Source of the DNA: Acidobacteriota bacterium
GTDB lineage: Bacteria; Acidobacteriota; UBA890; WLXD01
Length of the DNA stretch: 64,000 nucleotides
Assembly: GCA_965248695.1 (NCBI GenBank)
Contig: CBDFKD010000002.1
Span: 480,001-544,000, forward strand
Direction of reading: 5' to 3'
Shown: one piece after another, positions 50,156 to 58,121 of the stretch
Layout of the letters: every line of letters begins with the position of its first letter
How positions within the stretch are numbered: position 1 is the stretch's first letter
Translations under genes and position numbers: made by a program
The notes under the pieces: model-generated
Databases searched by the model: none
Told to the model about the DNA's origin: nothing
What the model saw: only the letters and a program-made list of their open reading frames with translations

Positions 50156-51202
50156 TCATGGTCTCAACACCACCTTGGTGTAGCCGTCCCGGCGCTCGTC
50201 AAAGCTCCGATACGCTTCGGGGCCTTCGGACAGCGGCAACCTATGGGAGATCACCCGGGCAATGTCGAGCTCTCGATCGCGCACGATCGGTGCGAGTCGC
50301 TCCATATAGGCACGCGCCGGGCAGCGGCCAACCCGGTAGGTCAAGTTCTTGTCATAGGCCTCGACGGGGCTGAACGGGAAAGTATCGTCGGTGTGGACGC
50401 CGACCACCGAGATGGTGCCGCCTGGACGCACGAGCTCGATGGCCATTCGGGCCGCCTTGTAGGTGCCGGCTGCCTCCATCACAGAATCGGCGCCGCGACC
50501 GTCGGCGCTGTCGCGAACGGCGCGCACCGGATCCTCGGCCTTGAAGTCGATCGGCACCGCGCCGACCTCGCGCGCCAGATCGAGTCTTTCGGGGACGGAG
50601 TCGATGGCATAGATCATTTCCGCGCCGAGCTCCTGCGCCGCCAGGATCGCCAGAATGCCGACCGGGCCGCATCCCACAACCGCGTAGACACCACCGGGCT
50701 CGATCTGCGCCATCTCGGCACAGAAGTACGCAGTGGAGAAAACATCTCCGAGCAACAGCGCCTGTTCGTCGGTCACCCCCTCGGGAATCCGCAGCAAGGT
50801 CGAGTCCGCCAGCGGCACTCGCACGAGCTCCGCCTGGCCGCCCTGCAATCCCTCGCCCATCCCGACCCAACCGAACAGCTGGCCGCGTGGGCAGCGGCTG
50901 GTCAGACCCGACAGACAGTACGAGCACTGCCCGCAGCTCGTGGTGAACGGGCTGAAGACGCGGTCGCCGGTGCTCAGACCGCCGACCTCGGCACCGGTCT
51001 CGACGATCTCACCGACGAACTCATGGCCCATCACCGTGCCGATATCGAGACCCTCTTCGCGCTCGTTGTACGGATGAAGGTCGGAGCCACATACGCCGGC
51101 GATATCGACCTTCACGATGACGTCGGTGGGGGCATCGATTGCCGGGTCGGCCACCGTTTCGTGCACCGCCGTACGGTAGCCGCCGAACGTAATCGCTTTC
51201 AT
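50156..51202 (-). CDS. Zn-dependent alcohol/formaldehyde dehydrogenase (MDR family)
   Basis: GVCGSDLH, GHEFVG, structural Zn CGQCSYC..G.TSRC, LGDVFST, VGCGPVG. Confidence 0.9.
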   Translation of the reverse strand: MKAITFGGYRTAVHETVADPAIDAPTDVIVKVDIAGVCGSDLHPYNEREEGLDIGTVMGHEFVGEIVETGAEVGGLSTGDRVFSPFTTSCGQCSYCLSGLTSRCPRGQLFGWVGMGEGLQGGQAELVRVPLADSTLLRIPEGVTDEQALLLGDVFSTAYFCAEMAQIEPGGVYAVVGCGPVGILAILAAQELGAEMIYAIDSVPERLDLAREVGAVPIDFKAEDPVRAVRDSADGRGADSVMEAAGTYKAARMAIELVRPGGTISVVGVHTDDTFPFSPVEAYDKNLTYRVGRCPARAYMERLAPIVRDRELDIARVISHRLPLSEGPEAYRSFDERRDGYTKVVLRP

Positions 51203-51353
51203 CCGCGTTCAACTCGACCGGGTCGTTGCAATCTGGTCGCGGACGGCCCCGGCGAGACTCCGCAACGCTGTCTGGCACGGATCATAGGGTACCGAGTTGC
51301 CATCGCAAGAGGATCCGCCGATCGAAACCGGCCTCATTTGTAAGGCGCACTCC

Positions 51354-52850
51354 TCAGAGACGCAGCCCACGCGGCACGATCATGCGCTCTACCAGGTCGA
51401 ACGCCCCCTGGACCAGCAGCGCGAGAACTGCCGCTGGTACCGCCCCCTCGAGAATGAGCGTCGTGTCGTTGAGACGAATACCAGCGAGAATCGGCTGCCC
51501 GTAGCCACCGGCCCCGATCAGCGCGCCGAGCGTCGCCGTTCCAACGTTGATCACCGCGGCGGTCTTGATGCCGGCGAGGATCGAGCGCGAGGCGATGGGC
51601 AGCTCGACGCGCCACAGGCGCGCCCGGCGCGGCAGCCCGAGAGCATCGGCCGACTCCAGCAGCCCCAAGGGGATTGATGTCAGCCCGGTGGCGGTATTGC
51701 GGACGATCGGTAGCAAGCTGTATAGAAACAGCGCCACGATGGCGGGCGGCGCGCCGATGCCGAGCAGCGGTATCAGAAAAACTAGCAACGCCAGCGATGG
51801 GATCGTCTGCAGCACGCCGGCGGCGCTGAGCACGAACCGACCGATGGCCGGACGACGCGCCGCCAGCGTTCCCAGCGGTAGCGCCACCAGGATCGCCGCC
51901 GCCAGCGACACCACCACCAGGCCGAGATGGTCCCGCGTGTTGACCCACAGCCGATCACCGAACCCGGCAGCGACTCGATCTGCCGTCACGCCTAGCCTGG
52001 TTTGCAGAAAGCCGACGGCGACGTCCGTCTCCGGTCGGCGCTCAATCTGGGAGGCGGCGTTCATTCCGACGATCGCCTCGGTGTCGATGCTGCCCTGCAA
52101 GCGCTCGATGGCTTCGACCACCTCCGGGGCCGATTCCAGCGCGGCTCGATAGAGGATCACGGCCCTGTAGTCAGGGAAGTAGGCGCGATCATCGCCCAAC
52201 ACGCGCAGGTCGTAGTGGCGAATCTCCGCATCGGTGGAATACAGGTCGGTGACGTCGAGCTCCTCGGCTTCGAGCCCGCGATAGGCGAGGTCATGGTTGA
52301 GCCCGCGAACGTCCCGATGTGGCAATGCGTAGCGCTGGCGTAGGCCAGGCCAGGCATCCTGTCGCTCCATGAACCCGTCCGAGAACCCGATTCGCAACTC
52401 GGGATGGCTCGCGAGATCGCTGATCGTTTCAATGCCGAGCGGCTCGGCGACACGCCGCAACATGCCGATCGCATAGGTGTTGTCGAACCCCAGCGGCGCG
52501 CTCATTCGCACCCCGTCGGCCGCCACTGCCTCGCGGAGCGACGCGAGGTCGGTCCCCACCCGGCCGCCGAAGATCTCTTCTCCAAGGGTTCCGGTGTACT
52601 CGACGTAGGTGTCGATCTCGTTGGCCAGCAACGCGCTCCAAAGCACCCGGCTACCGCCGAGCTGACGCCGGTGCTCGACGCTGGCTCCGACCGAAACGAA
52701 CAATCCCGCCATGATCTCGCCGAGGATGACGCTCTCGGTGAAGGCCTTCGAGCCCACCACGACTTGGGGGCCGGACGTAGCGGCGCTATCCATGCATGCC
52801 GAGCCTACGATCAGCATCGCGAGCAACCCGCCGCCGAACCGTCGACTCAC
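51354..52850 (-). CDS. Osmoprotectant (glycine betaine/choline) ABC transporter, fused binding protein + permease
   Basis: VGSKAFTESVILGE, YVEYTGT, GFDNTYA, YSTD, FPDY; C-terminal QTIPSLALL and EAA loop LESADALGL. Confidence 0.9.
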   Translation of the reverse strand: MSRRFGGGLLAMLIVGSACMDSAATSGPQVVVGSKAFTESVILGEIMAGLFVSVGASVEHRRQLGGSRVLWSALLANEIDTYVEYTGTLGEEIFGGRVGTDLASLREAVAADGVRMSAPLGFDNTYAIGMLRRVAEPLGIETISDLASHPELRIGFSDGFMERQDAWPGLRQRYALPHRDVRGLNHDLAYRGLEAEELDVTDLYSTDAEIRHYDLRVLGDDRAYFPDYRAVILYRAALESAPEVVEAIERLQGSIDTEAIVGMNAASQIERRPETDVAVGFLQTRLGVTADRVAAGFGDRLWVNTRDHLGLVVVSLAAAILVALPLGTLAARRPAIGRFVLSAAGVLQTIPSLALLVFLIPLLGIGAPPAIVALFLYSLLPIVRNTATGLTSIPLGLLESADALGLPRRARLWRVELPIASRSILAGIKTAAVINVGTATLGALIGAGGYGQPILAGIRLNDTTLILEGAVPAAVLALLVQGAFDLVERMIVPRGLRL

Positions 52851-53593
52851 GAGCAGTCCTCGGTGGCTTGCAAGTACCGCTGGGCACGGACGAACTCGCG
52901 AACGAAATCGGTCGCCGGAGAGGACAGAAGCTCCGCGGCGGTGGCCACCTGCTCGACACGGCCGCGGCGCAGCAAGACGATCTGGTCGGCCAGATAGACG
53001 GCCTCCGCGAGGTCGTGGGTTACGAGCACGACCGTGGTCTCGAGGCGCCGGAAGATACCCCGCAGATCCTCCTGCAGATCGGATCGGATCATCGGGTCAA
53101 GAGCAGCCATCGGCTCGTCGAGCAGCAGCACCTCGGGCTCCAACATGAGTGCGCGCATGAGCGAGATGCGTTGCGCCTGTCCCCCGGAAAGCTCGACAGG
53201 GAAACGCTCCAGCAGCCCGGGTCTCAGCCGTGTCAAATCGGCCAGCTCCTCCAGTCGGCGATCGATGCGGTCCGTTTCCCAGTCTAGAAAGCGCGCCATC
53301 AGCGTGATGTTCTCGGATGCCGTCAGGTGCGGAAACAGTCCGCCATCCTGGATCACGTAGCCCATTCGACGGCGCAGCTCGTTTACGTTGGTGCTCGTCA
53401 GACGCTCGCCGTCGAACCACACTTCACCCGTATCGGGAAACAGGAGACCGTTGAGCAGCCGAAGCAGGGTCGACTTGCCGCAGCCGCTGGGGCCGATGAG
53501 CGCCGTCGTTTGGCTGCGCGGCAACTTCAGGTGCGTCGCCTGCAGCGCAACGGTGTCACCGAACCGCTTGCTGGCGCCCTCGAGATTCAGCAT
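52847..53593 (-). CDS. Osmoprotectant ABC transporter ATP-binding protein
   Basis: GPSGCGKST, GYVIQDGGLFPH, LSGGQAQR, LLDEP, VTHD. Confidence 0.92.
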   Translation of the reverse strand: MLNLEGASKRFGDTVALQATHLKLPRSQTTALIGPSGCGKSTLLRLLNGLLFPDTGEVWFDGERLTSTNVNELRRRMGYVIQDGGLFPHLTASENITLMARFLDWETDRIDRRLEELADLTRLRPGLLERFPVELSGGQAQRISLMRALMLEPEVLLLDEPMAALDPMIRSDLQEDLRGIFRRLETTVVLVTHDLAEAVYLADQIVLLRRGRVEQVATAAELLSSPATDFVREFVRAQRYLQATEDCS

Positions 53594-53639
53594 CGACCAG
53601 GCTCTCTCCTGACGGGCCGCACCGCGCGCCGTATCCGCG

Positions 53640-53876
53640 TCAGTCGTCGCGTACCCAATCGAAGCTCGTCCGACACGCCCTGCAGTGATACTGCGCCACC
53701 ATCATGTGGCATCCGTAGATCGACACCGGCTCGGTGTCCAGGCTGTCACAGAAAACGCAGCACACCGCTGGCATGGCGTCACGGGGCACCACCGACTCGT
53801 GGCGAGGGGACTTCGCCGTCAGCCTCACGACCTTGCCGGCAGCCGACTCCGACACTGGTAGCCTGTTGCCGGCCAC
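53640..53876 (-). CDS. Stand-alone PaaD-like zinc-ribbon protein
   Basis: CVFCDSLDT...YG......YHCRACRTSFDW matches the PaaD C-terminal Zn ribbon pattern; GTG start overlaps the paaC stop (alternative ATG 53775). Confidence 0.7.
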   Translation of the reverse strand: MAGNRLPVSESAAGKVVRLTAKSPRHESVVPRDAMPAVCCVFCDSLDTEPVSIYGCHMMVAQYHCRACRTSFDWVRDD

Positions 53877-54715
53877 TAGTCGGCCACGCCGATGGCGCGC
53901 GCGTGAGCGCCGGTGAGCATGGCGAACGACTCGGCGTCGAAGTCCGGCGTACCGATGCGCCGCGTGCTCTCGTTCCAGTTGCCCCAGTCGATGTCGCAGC
54001 CAACGGTTCCGACCTCGTTCTCGTCGACCGGCAAGCGCACCTTGCCGGCGAACAACGGTGTGATCACCTCCAAGTAGCGGTCGCGCAGGGGACGCGCGCC
54101 GACGTCGATCACATCAGCTGCTGCGAGTCGGTCGAGCGCGTTATCTCCATCGCGGCCAAACCACGCCACGCACTGGGGAAAAACGGTGGTGGCGGCAGCG
54201 CGAACCGCCTCGACGATGTGGTCAGGACCATCGAGCAATCGCTCCATCCACGCCCGCGCGTGCAGTGAGTGGTAACTCTCCTCGGAAACCGCCTTCCTCA
54301 GCCGCTGAGCCAGCAGCCGCACGTTACCGGCGGTTGCCGCCTCGAGATTCACGGTGAGGAGATTGTCGATCAACGCGTTGAGCACAACGACCTCCGCCCA
54401 GCCCCTGGCAGGGCGGTCGAGGGCCGCCAGGCATCTCCAGGCGTCGGCGTCCTCGCGTCGCAGCTCGGTGCGCGGATCCTCGGGCAACTCGGCGAGGACC
54501 CCGCGTAACAAGCGGGCGTGGCCGAGCTCGTATTGCGCCATCGCCGAAATCGACACGTTGGCCTCGAGCTCGGGCGCGCCAGTACACCACTCCGCATAGC
54601 GGAGCCCGAGCACCCGTTTGTTGTCGGCCAGCGCAAGCAGCCAATCGGCCAGGTCACGGCGAACGCTCGCCGGCAAGTCGCCGGGGCGCTCGACTGCGCT
54701 CACGCTCGGCTCCAC
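53876..54715 (-). CDS. paaC: Phenylacetyl-CoA epoxidase beta-subunit-like protein
   Basis: LADNKRVLGLRYAEWCTGAPELEANVS..AMAQYELGHAR, EESYH..HA..W. Confidence 0.8.
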   Translation of the reverse strand: MEPSVSAVERPGDLPASVRRDLADWLLALADNKRVLGLRYAEWCTGAPELEANVSISAMAQYELGHARLLRGVLAELPEDPRTELRREDADAWRCLAALDRPARGWAEVVVLNALIDNLLTVNLEAATAGNVRLLAQRLRKAVSEESYHSLHARAWMERLLDGPDHIVEAVRAAATTVFPQCVAWFGRDGDNALDRLAAADVIDVGARPLRDRYLEVITPLFAGKVRLPVDENEVGTVGCDIDWGNWNESTRRIGTPDFDAESFAMLTGAHARAIGVAD

Positions 54716-54746
54716 CGCCGGACAAGCGGTGCACCGATGCGGACGA

Positions 54747-54995
54747 TCATTCCGTTGACTCGATGAGCGGCACCAGATCGAGAACCGTGATCAGCGCGCT
54801 GCGCGGTACGACCATCACCTCGACCCAGTTCTCCTCGTCGTAGGTGTTGCGCGCGTACACCTTCGCGAAGTCGTCGTTCGGCGCCCTCACCGTGCCGATG
54901 TGAGCCAGGGCATCGCGCCGCTCCTTGCGGGCGAACACCTCGTACAGCTTGCGCCTCATCGGGCGTATCGAGGAGTTCGGGATGTCGGCCGTCAA
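54747..54995 (-). CDS. paaB: Phenylacetyl-CoA epoxidase small subunit B-like protein
   Basis: YEVFARK....LAHIGTVRAP....AKVYARNTY....WVEVMVVPRS; TTG 54995 overlaps the upstream stop (alternative ATG 54959). Confidence 0.8.
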   Translation of the reverse strand: MTADIPNSSIRPMRRKLYEVFARKERRDALAHIGTVRAPNDDFAKVYARNTYDEENWVEVMVVPRSALITVLDLVPLIESTE

Positions 54996-55396
54996 AGGGC
55001 GATCCCGTAGGCACGCATGCGCTGTCGCCCGTCCGGGGAGATGCGCGACGCGGCCCAGTTGACCTCCCACGTCTCGTTTATCTCCACTGATTCGACATCG
55101 GCCTCGCGCAGGAGCCGCTCCCTGATGTCGTCTTTGATCATGCTCACGGCCGGGCAGGCGGTCGAAGTGAAGGTGACATCGACCTCGACACGGTTTGCCG
55201 TGCAACGAATGTCACAGATCAGGCCCAGGTCAACGACGCTCACCGGAATCTCCGGATCGAGCACCTCGCGCAACGCTTCCCACAACGTGGTCGCTTCGGG
55301 ACGGATCGTACGAGCCACTGCGGGCGCCTGCTGGCGACGCAGCGCATCCACCGTCCGATTACACGGGGAGCCGGGGCGCGCCGTGGTGCACGACAT
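54992..55396 (-). CDS. paaD: DUF59/PaaD-like metal-sulfur cluster assembly factor
   Basis: LREVLDPEIPVSVVDLGLI, TFTSTACPA, W....ISPDGRQRMRAYGI; ATG overlaps the paaA stop. Confidence 0.8.
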   Translation of the reverse strand: MSCTTARPGSPCNRTVDALRRQQAPAVARTIRPEATTLWEALREVLDPEIPVSVVDLGLICDIRCTANRVEVDVTFTSTACPAVSMIKDDIRERLLREADVESVEINETWEVNWAASRISPDGRQRMRAYGIAL

Positions 55397-56355
55397 CAGA
55401 TGTCCTTGAACATCCAGCCAAAATCGCCTTTGGAGCGCTGGAGATCCTCGATCATGGCCTCGTTTCGAGGACCGCGCGCCTTCCAGCGCTTCACCACCTG
55501 GTCCCAACCGATGTGCTCATCCCAGAGCCATCGCTTGGCTTCGGCGTCGAACTGGAGCGGCAGGTCGTACTCGAGCTCCCAAGCAGTGTCGTCGCCGTTT
55601 CGATGCGCCGGCACGCGCAACCCGATGCTCTCGCAGAACGGCACTACCTCGGTCATCCAGCCCTGCCGGAGCTCGTCGTTCGTAAGCCCCTTCATCTTGT
55701 ATTCGAGTTGCCCGCTATGAGTCTTCAAGTTGTCCGGTAACCCGAACCACTCAACGGTCAACGGGAACATCCAATCAACGGCCTGTTGCACTAGCTCCCG
55801 CCCACTATCGCTGCTATCGACGATCTTCTTCATCCAGCGCCGACCGTGCAGGAGATGGAAGGTCTCCTCCTTGCTCACCTTTACCAGACCCCGTTTCCAG
55901 GGGCCGTACGAGGTGTTCTCGAAGACGTCCCCGAGCAAACAAAACCCTGCCTGGTCGTAGAGAGCGTTCGCAACACACAGCTCAACCCAGGAATCCAGCG
56001 GCACGTCGAACGCGTACGGATAACGGAACTCGTGCGGCTGGCGCTCGTACATGAGCCAGTCGCGATCGACGCCCAGCTCTTCCAGCACACGGTAGGCGAT
56101 GTGCGCGTGGGCAAGCTCATCCTGGATGATCGCCATCGCCGAGATCATGCTGTTGACGGACGGGGCCTTGCGCGCCGCGTAGTAGTACGCCGGCGCGCTC
56201 AACAGCTCGGTGTCACCGGAGACCGTGACGATGTGGCGCAGCTCGCGCTTGTACTCCTCGGTCATCTCACTGACCGACTCGATCAGGCCACCTTCATGGA
56301 CCCGCTCGCGAAGCAGTGCATCGGCGCCCGTGCTCAAGGATACCTCCGGCGACAT
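55396..56355 (-). CDS. paaA: Phenylacetyl-CoA epoxidase alpha-subunit-like diiron protein (divergent)
   Basis: Ferritin-like diiron ligands DTE, QDELAHA, KEETFH; SYGPW, QQAVDWMFP...WFG, NDELRQ. Confidence 0.8.
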   Translation of the reverse strand: MSPEVSLSTGADALLRERVHEGGLIESVSEMTEEYKRELRHIVTVSGDTELLSAPAYYYAARKAPSVNSMISAMAIIQDELAHAHIAYRVLEELGVDRDWLMYERQPHEFRYPYAFDVPLDSWVELCVANALYDQAGFCLLGDVFENTSYGPWKRGLVKVSKEETFHLLHGRRWMKKIVDSSDSGRELVQQAVDWMFPLTVEWFGLPDNLKTHSGQLEYKMKGLTNDELRQGWMTEVVPFCESIGLRVPAHRNGDDTAWELEYDLPLQFDAEAKRWLWDEHIGWDQVVKRWKARGPRNEAMIEDLQRSKGDFGWMFKDI

Positions 56356-56400
56356 GGAGCGTGGAGAGGCGAGGAACCGCTGAGGTCGTCGTCAGAACTT

Positions 56401-56429
56401 ACCTTAGAGGGCACCTGGAGGGCGGGCAA
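56401..56429 (-). promoter_or_regulatory. Possible sigma70 promoter of the paa-like operon
   Basis: Minus strand TTGCCC (56429-56424)-17 bp-TAAGGT (56406-56401), 46 nt upstream of paaA. Confidence 0.3.
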
Positions 56430-56490
56430 GCTAGCCCTGGCCTGCGGCTTTCCACCTAGAGCTGCATGCGGCCTGGCAGGTCCGAGTCTG

Positions 56491-56718
56491 TCAGACAGCT
56501 GCTTGGCGATGCGTCGGCGAGTCGCCCGAGACCCCCGCGTGAAGAAGCCCCTCGAGCCGCTGACCGCAAGGCTCGCAGACGAGACAATGCGCCAGGATAG
56601 CCACCGCGTGGCCGCTGGCCAGCGTGCCGCGGACGTAGTGTCGGAACTCGATCTCAGACGGATGACCTTCGTCCGGCCGGATCGGCGACGTACCGGAACG
56701 GCTCGGGTTGGCCGTCAA
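56491..56718 (-). CDS. Stand-alone ZAS (zf-HC2) zinc-binding microprotein 2
   Basis: TTG 56718 overlaps the upstream stop (TTGA); HPSEIEFRHYVRGTL...HCLVCEPCG; about 75 aa, no TM segment. Confidence 0.65.
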   Translation of the reverse strand: MTANPSRSGTSPIRPDEGHPSEIEFRHYVRGTLASGHAVAILAHCLVCEPCGQRLEGLLHAGVSGDSPTHRQAAV

Positions 56719-56933
56719 TGAGTCGTGCCTGAGGCGGCGTAGGCTTCGCCAAGGCCGGCGTACGACCGTTCCAGGCCAGCGGCTGCTCGCAGCCACAGCA
56801 GTCCACGCGCTTGATTGCCGCAGGTCTCACAGACCAGGCAATGTCGATGCAGGCGCCGCGTCTCTTCGGGGGAAAGCGCGCCGCGGGTAAACGCGACGAG
56901 CTCCAGCGCTTCGGGATGGATCGTACATTTCAT
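56715..56933 (-). CDS. Stand-alone ZAS (zf-HC2) zinc-binding microprotein 1
   Basis: RBS AAGGA before ATG 56933; HPEALELVAFTRGAL...HCLVCETCG; 72 aa, no TM segment. Confidence 0.72.
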   Translation of the reverse strand: MKCTIHPEALELVAFTRGALSPEETRRLHRHCLVCETCGNQARGLLWLRAAAGLERSYAGLGEAYAASGTTH

Positions 56934-56988
56934 CGAGGATGTCCTTTGCCAGCCGCGCCCGCACCGTGGTGCTGTCCGGCGCGGGACG

Positions 56989-57020
56989 GCGTGCGGAGCC
57001 GATTTGGTGGCTCCGCACGC
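56989..57020 (-). terminator. 12-bp perfect hairpin between the thioredoxin-fold gene and the ZAS microproteins
   Basis: gcgtgcggagcc-gatttggt-ggctccgcacgc; no U-tract, so a terminator or mRNA-stabilising role is uncertain. Confidence 0.45.
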
Positions 57021-57049
57021 AGCACCCGGCTCGGTGTCGAACGGCGCTC

Positions 57050-57667
57050 CTATGGCCGGTCCAGTGAGGCGTCCGTGGTGAGTGCCACGGAACTGACCAC
57101 CGGGGCGGTCATCGCAGAGCGGGCCCAAGTGCGCACCACCTCCTGATCGGCGTCGTTCAGCACGCCGTCCCAGGCGGCGATGCCGCGGGTCAGTGGGTCG
57201 ATCCCCAGAGTGCTCGGATACGCGGTCAGGCCCAACAGCGGCAGCACTGCCTTGTCGACGAGCCGAACCGGCAAGTCGAGCTCATGCGTGGCGAGAAACT
57301 CCTGCGTTTCGTCAGGCGTACTCACCGACAGCACGTAGATCTCCGGCGCTCGTGGACCGAGCTCGGCGATCTGCGAAGCCAGGCTCCGCCACTCCGGCAT
57401 GTTTTGCTCGCAGAAGGGGCACGCCGTGCTCAACACGAACAGCATCAGCGGCCGCGGGCGACCGCTGACATCGAGCGCAGACGGCTCTCCGGTCAACGTC
57501 CGGCCCGGGATATCAACCGGCGCTGTGAGCGGACCGTTGATCCTCGAGGCCTGCCCGTGGGTGACGTAGTTGTGGTGCATCATCTGGCCTAGCCAGGCAG
57601 TCCCGGCGACCAGTACCAGGATGAGCCCCACCTCGGCGATCTTGGCAATCCGGGGCATCGACGTCAT
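57050..57667 (-). CDS. Membrane-anchored thioredoxin-fold thiol:disulfide oxidoreductase (TlpA/MauD-like)
   Basis: N-terminal TM helix, STACPFCEQNMPEW (CxxC), YPST cis-Pro loop; 3 nt after the peptide gene. Confidence 0.8.
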   Translation of the reverse strand: MTSMPRIAKIAEVGLILVLVAGTAWLGQMMHHNYVTHGQASRINGPLTAPVDIPGRTLTGEPSALDVSGRPRPLMLFVLSTACPFCEQNMPEWRSLASQIAELGPRAPEIYVLSVSTPDETQEFLATHELDLPVRLVDKAVLPLLGLTAYPSTLGIDPLTRGIAAWDGVLNDADQEVVRTWARSAMTAPVVSSVALTTDASLDRP

Positions 57668-57670
57668 CTC

Positions 57671-57895
57671 CTAGACGACGCAGATGCTTCTGCCTCTGGA
57701 GCCGTCCTCACAGACCCAAACGCAACCGCAGCCAGCGCTACCGTACGCGGCACAATCGCCGCAGTTGTCCGAGCACTCCTGACCACAGGAGCTATGCGAC
57801 GCCTCGACCTGTTCGGCCTGAAACGACAGGCCGAAGACCAAGAGAATCGCCCAGCTGATGAGCAGTACCTTCTTCCAGTTGATTGAGCGTCGCAC
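57671..57895 (-). CDS. Secreted cysteine-rich small peptide (8 Cys in a ~42-aa mature region)
   Basis: Strong RBS GGAGGAG before GTG; signal peptide MRRSINWKKVLLISWAILLVFGLSFQAEQVEA, then SHSSCGQECSDNCGDCAAYGSAGCGCVWVCEDGSRGRSICVV. Confidence 0.78.
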   Translation of the reverse strand: MRRSINWKKVLLISWAILLVFGLSFQAEQVEASHSSCGQECSDNCGDCAAYGSAGCGCVWVCEDGSRGRSICVV

Positions 57896-57943
57896 CGTAC
57901 TCCTCCGGTAACGAGTGATGGGTTTGCTATCACCGAACGGAGG

Positions 57944-57959
57944 AGCAAGACGGATGCCG
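57944..57959 (-). promoter_or_regulatory. Sigma54 (-24/-12) promoter
   Basis: Minus strand CGGCATCCGTCTTGCT versus consensus TGGCAC-N5-TTGCW, with exact GG-N10-GC spacing, ~50 nt upstream of the peptide start; a sigma54 activator is encoded 1.8 kb away. Confidence 0.65.
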
Positions 57960-58088
57960 AAAGGACGCGACGCTCAGTCGCTGCGGGGCAACTCTTGTCG
58001 GGGCAAGAACTTACGGGTGATGGTCCGCAGCAGCCATGGCTTCAGGGGCCGGTGGCAAGTAACGGCGGGTCGCAATCCCGCCGGACGC

Positions 58089-58110
58089 CCCCGCCCGGCG
58101 GCGGGCGGGG
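58089..58110 (-). terminator. GC-rich hairpin after the anti-sigma gene
   Basis: ccccgcccg-gcgg-cgggcgggg 9-bp stem starting 12 nt past the stop codon; no U-tract. Confidence 0.35.
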
Positions 58111-58121
58111 CACGGCGACGG

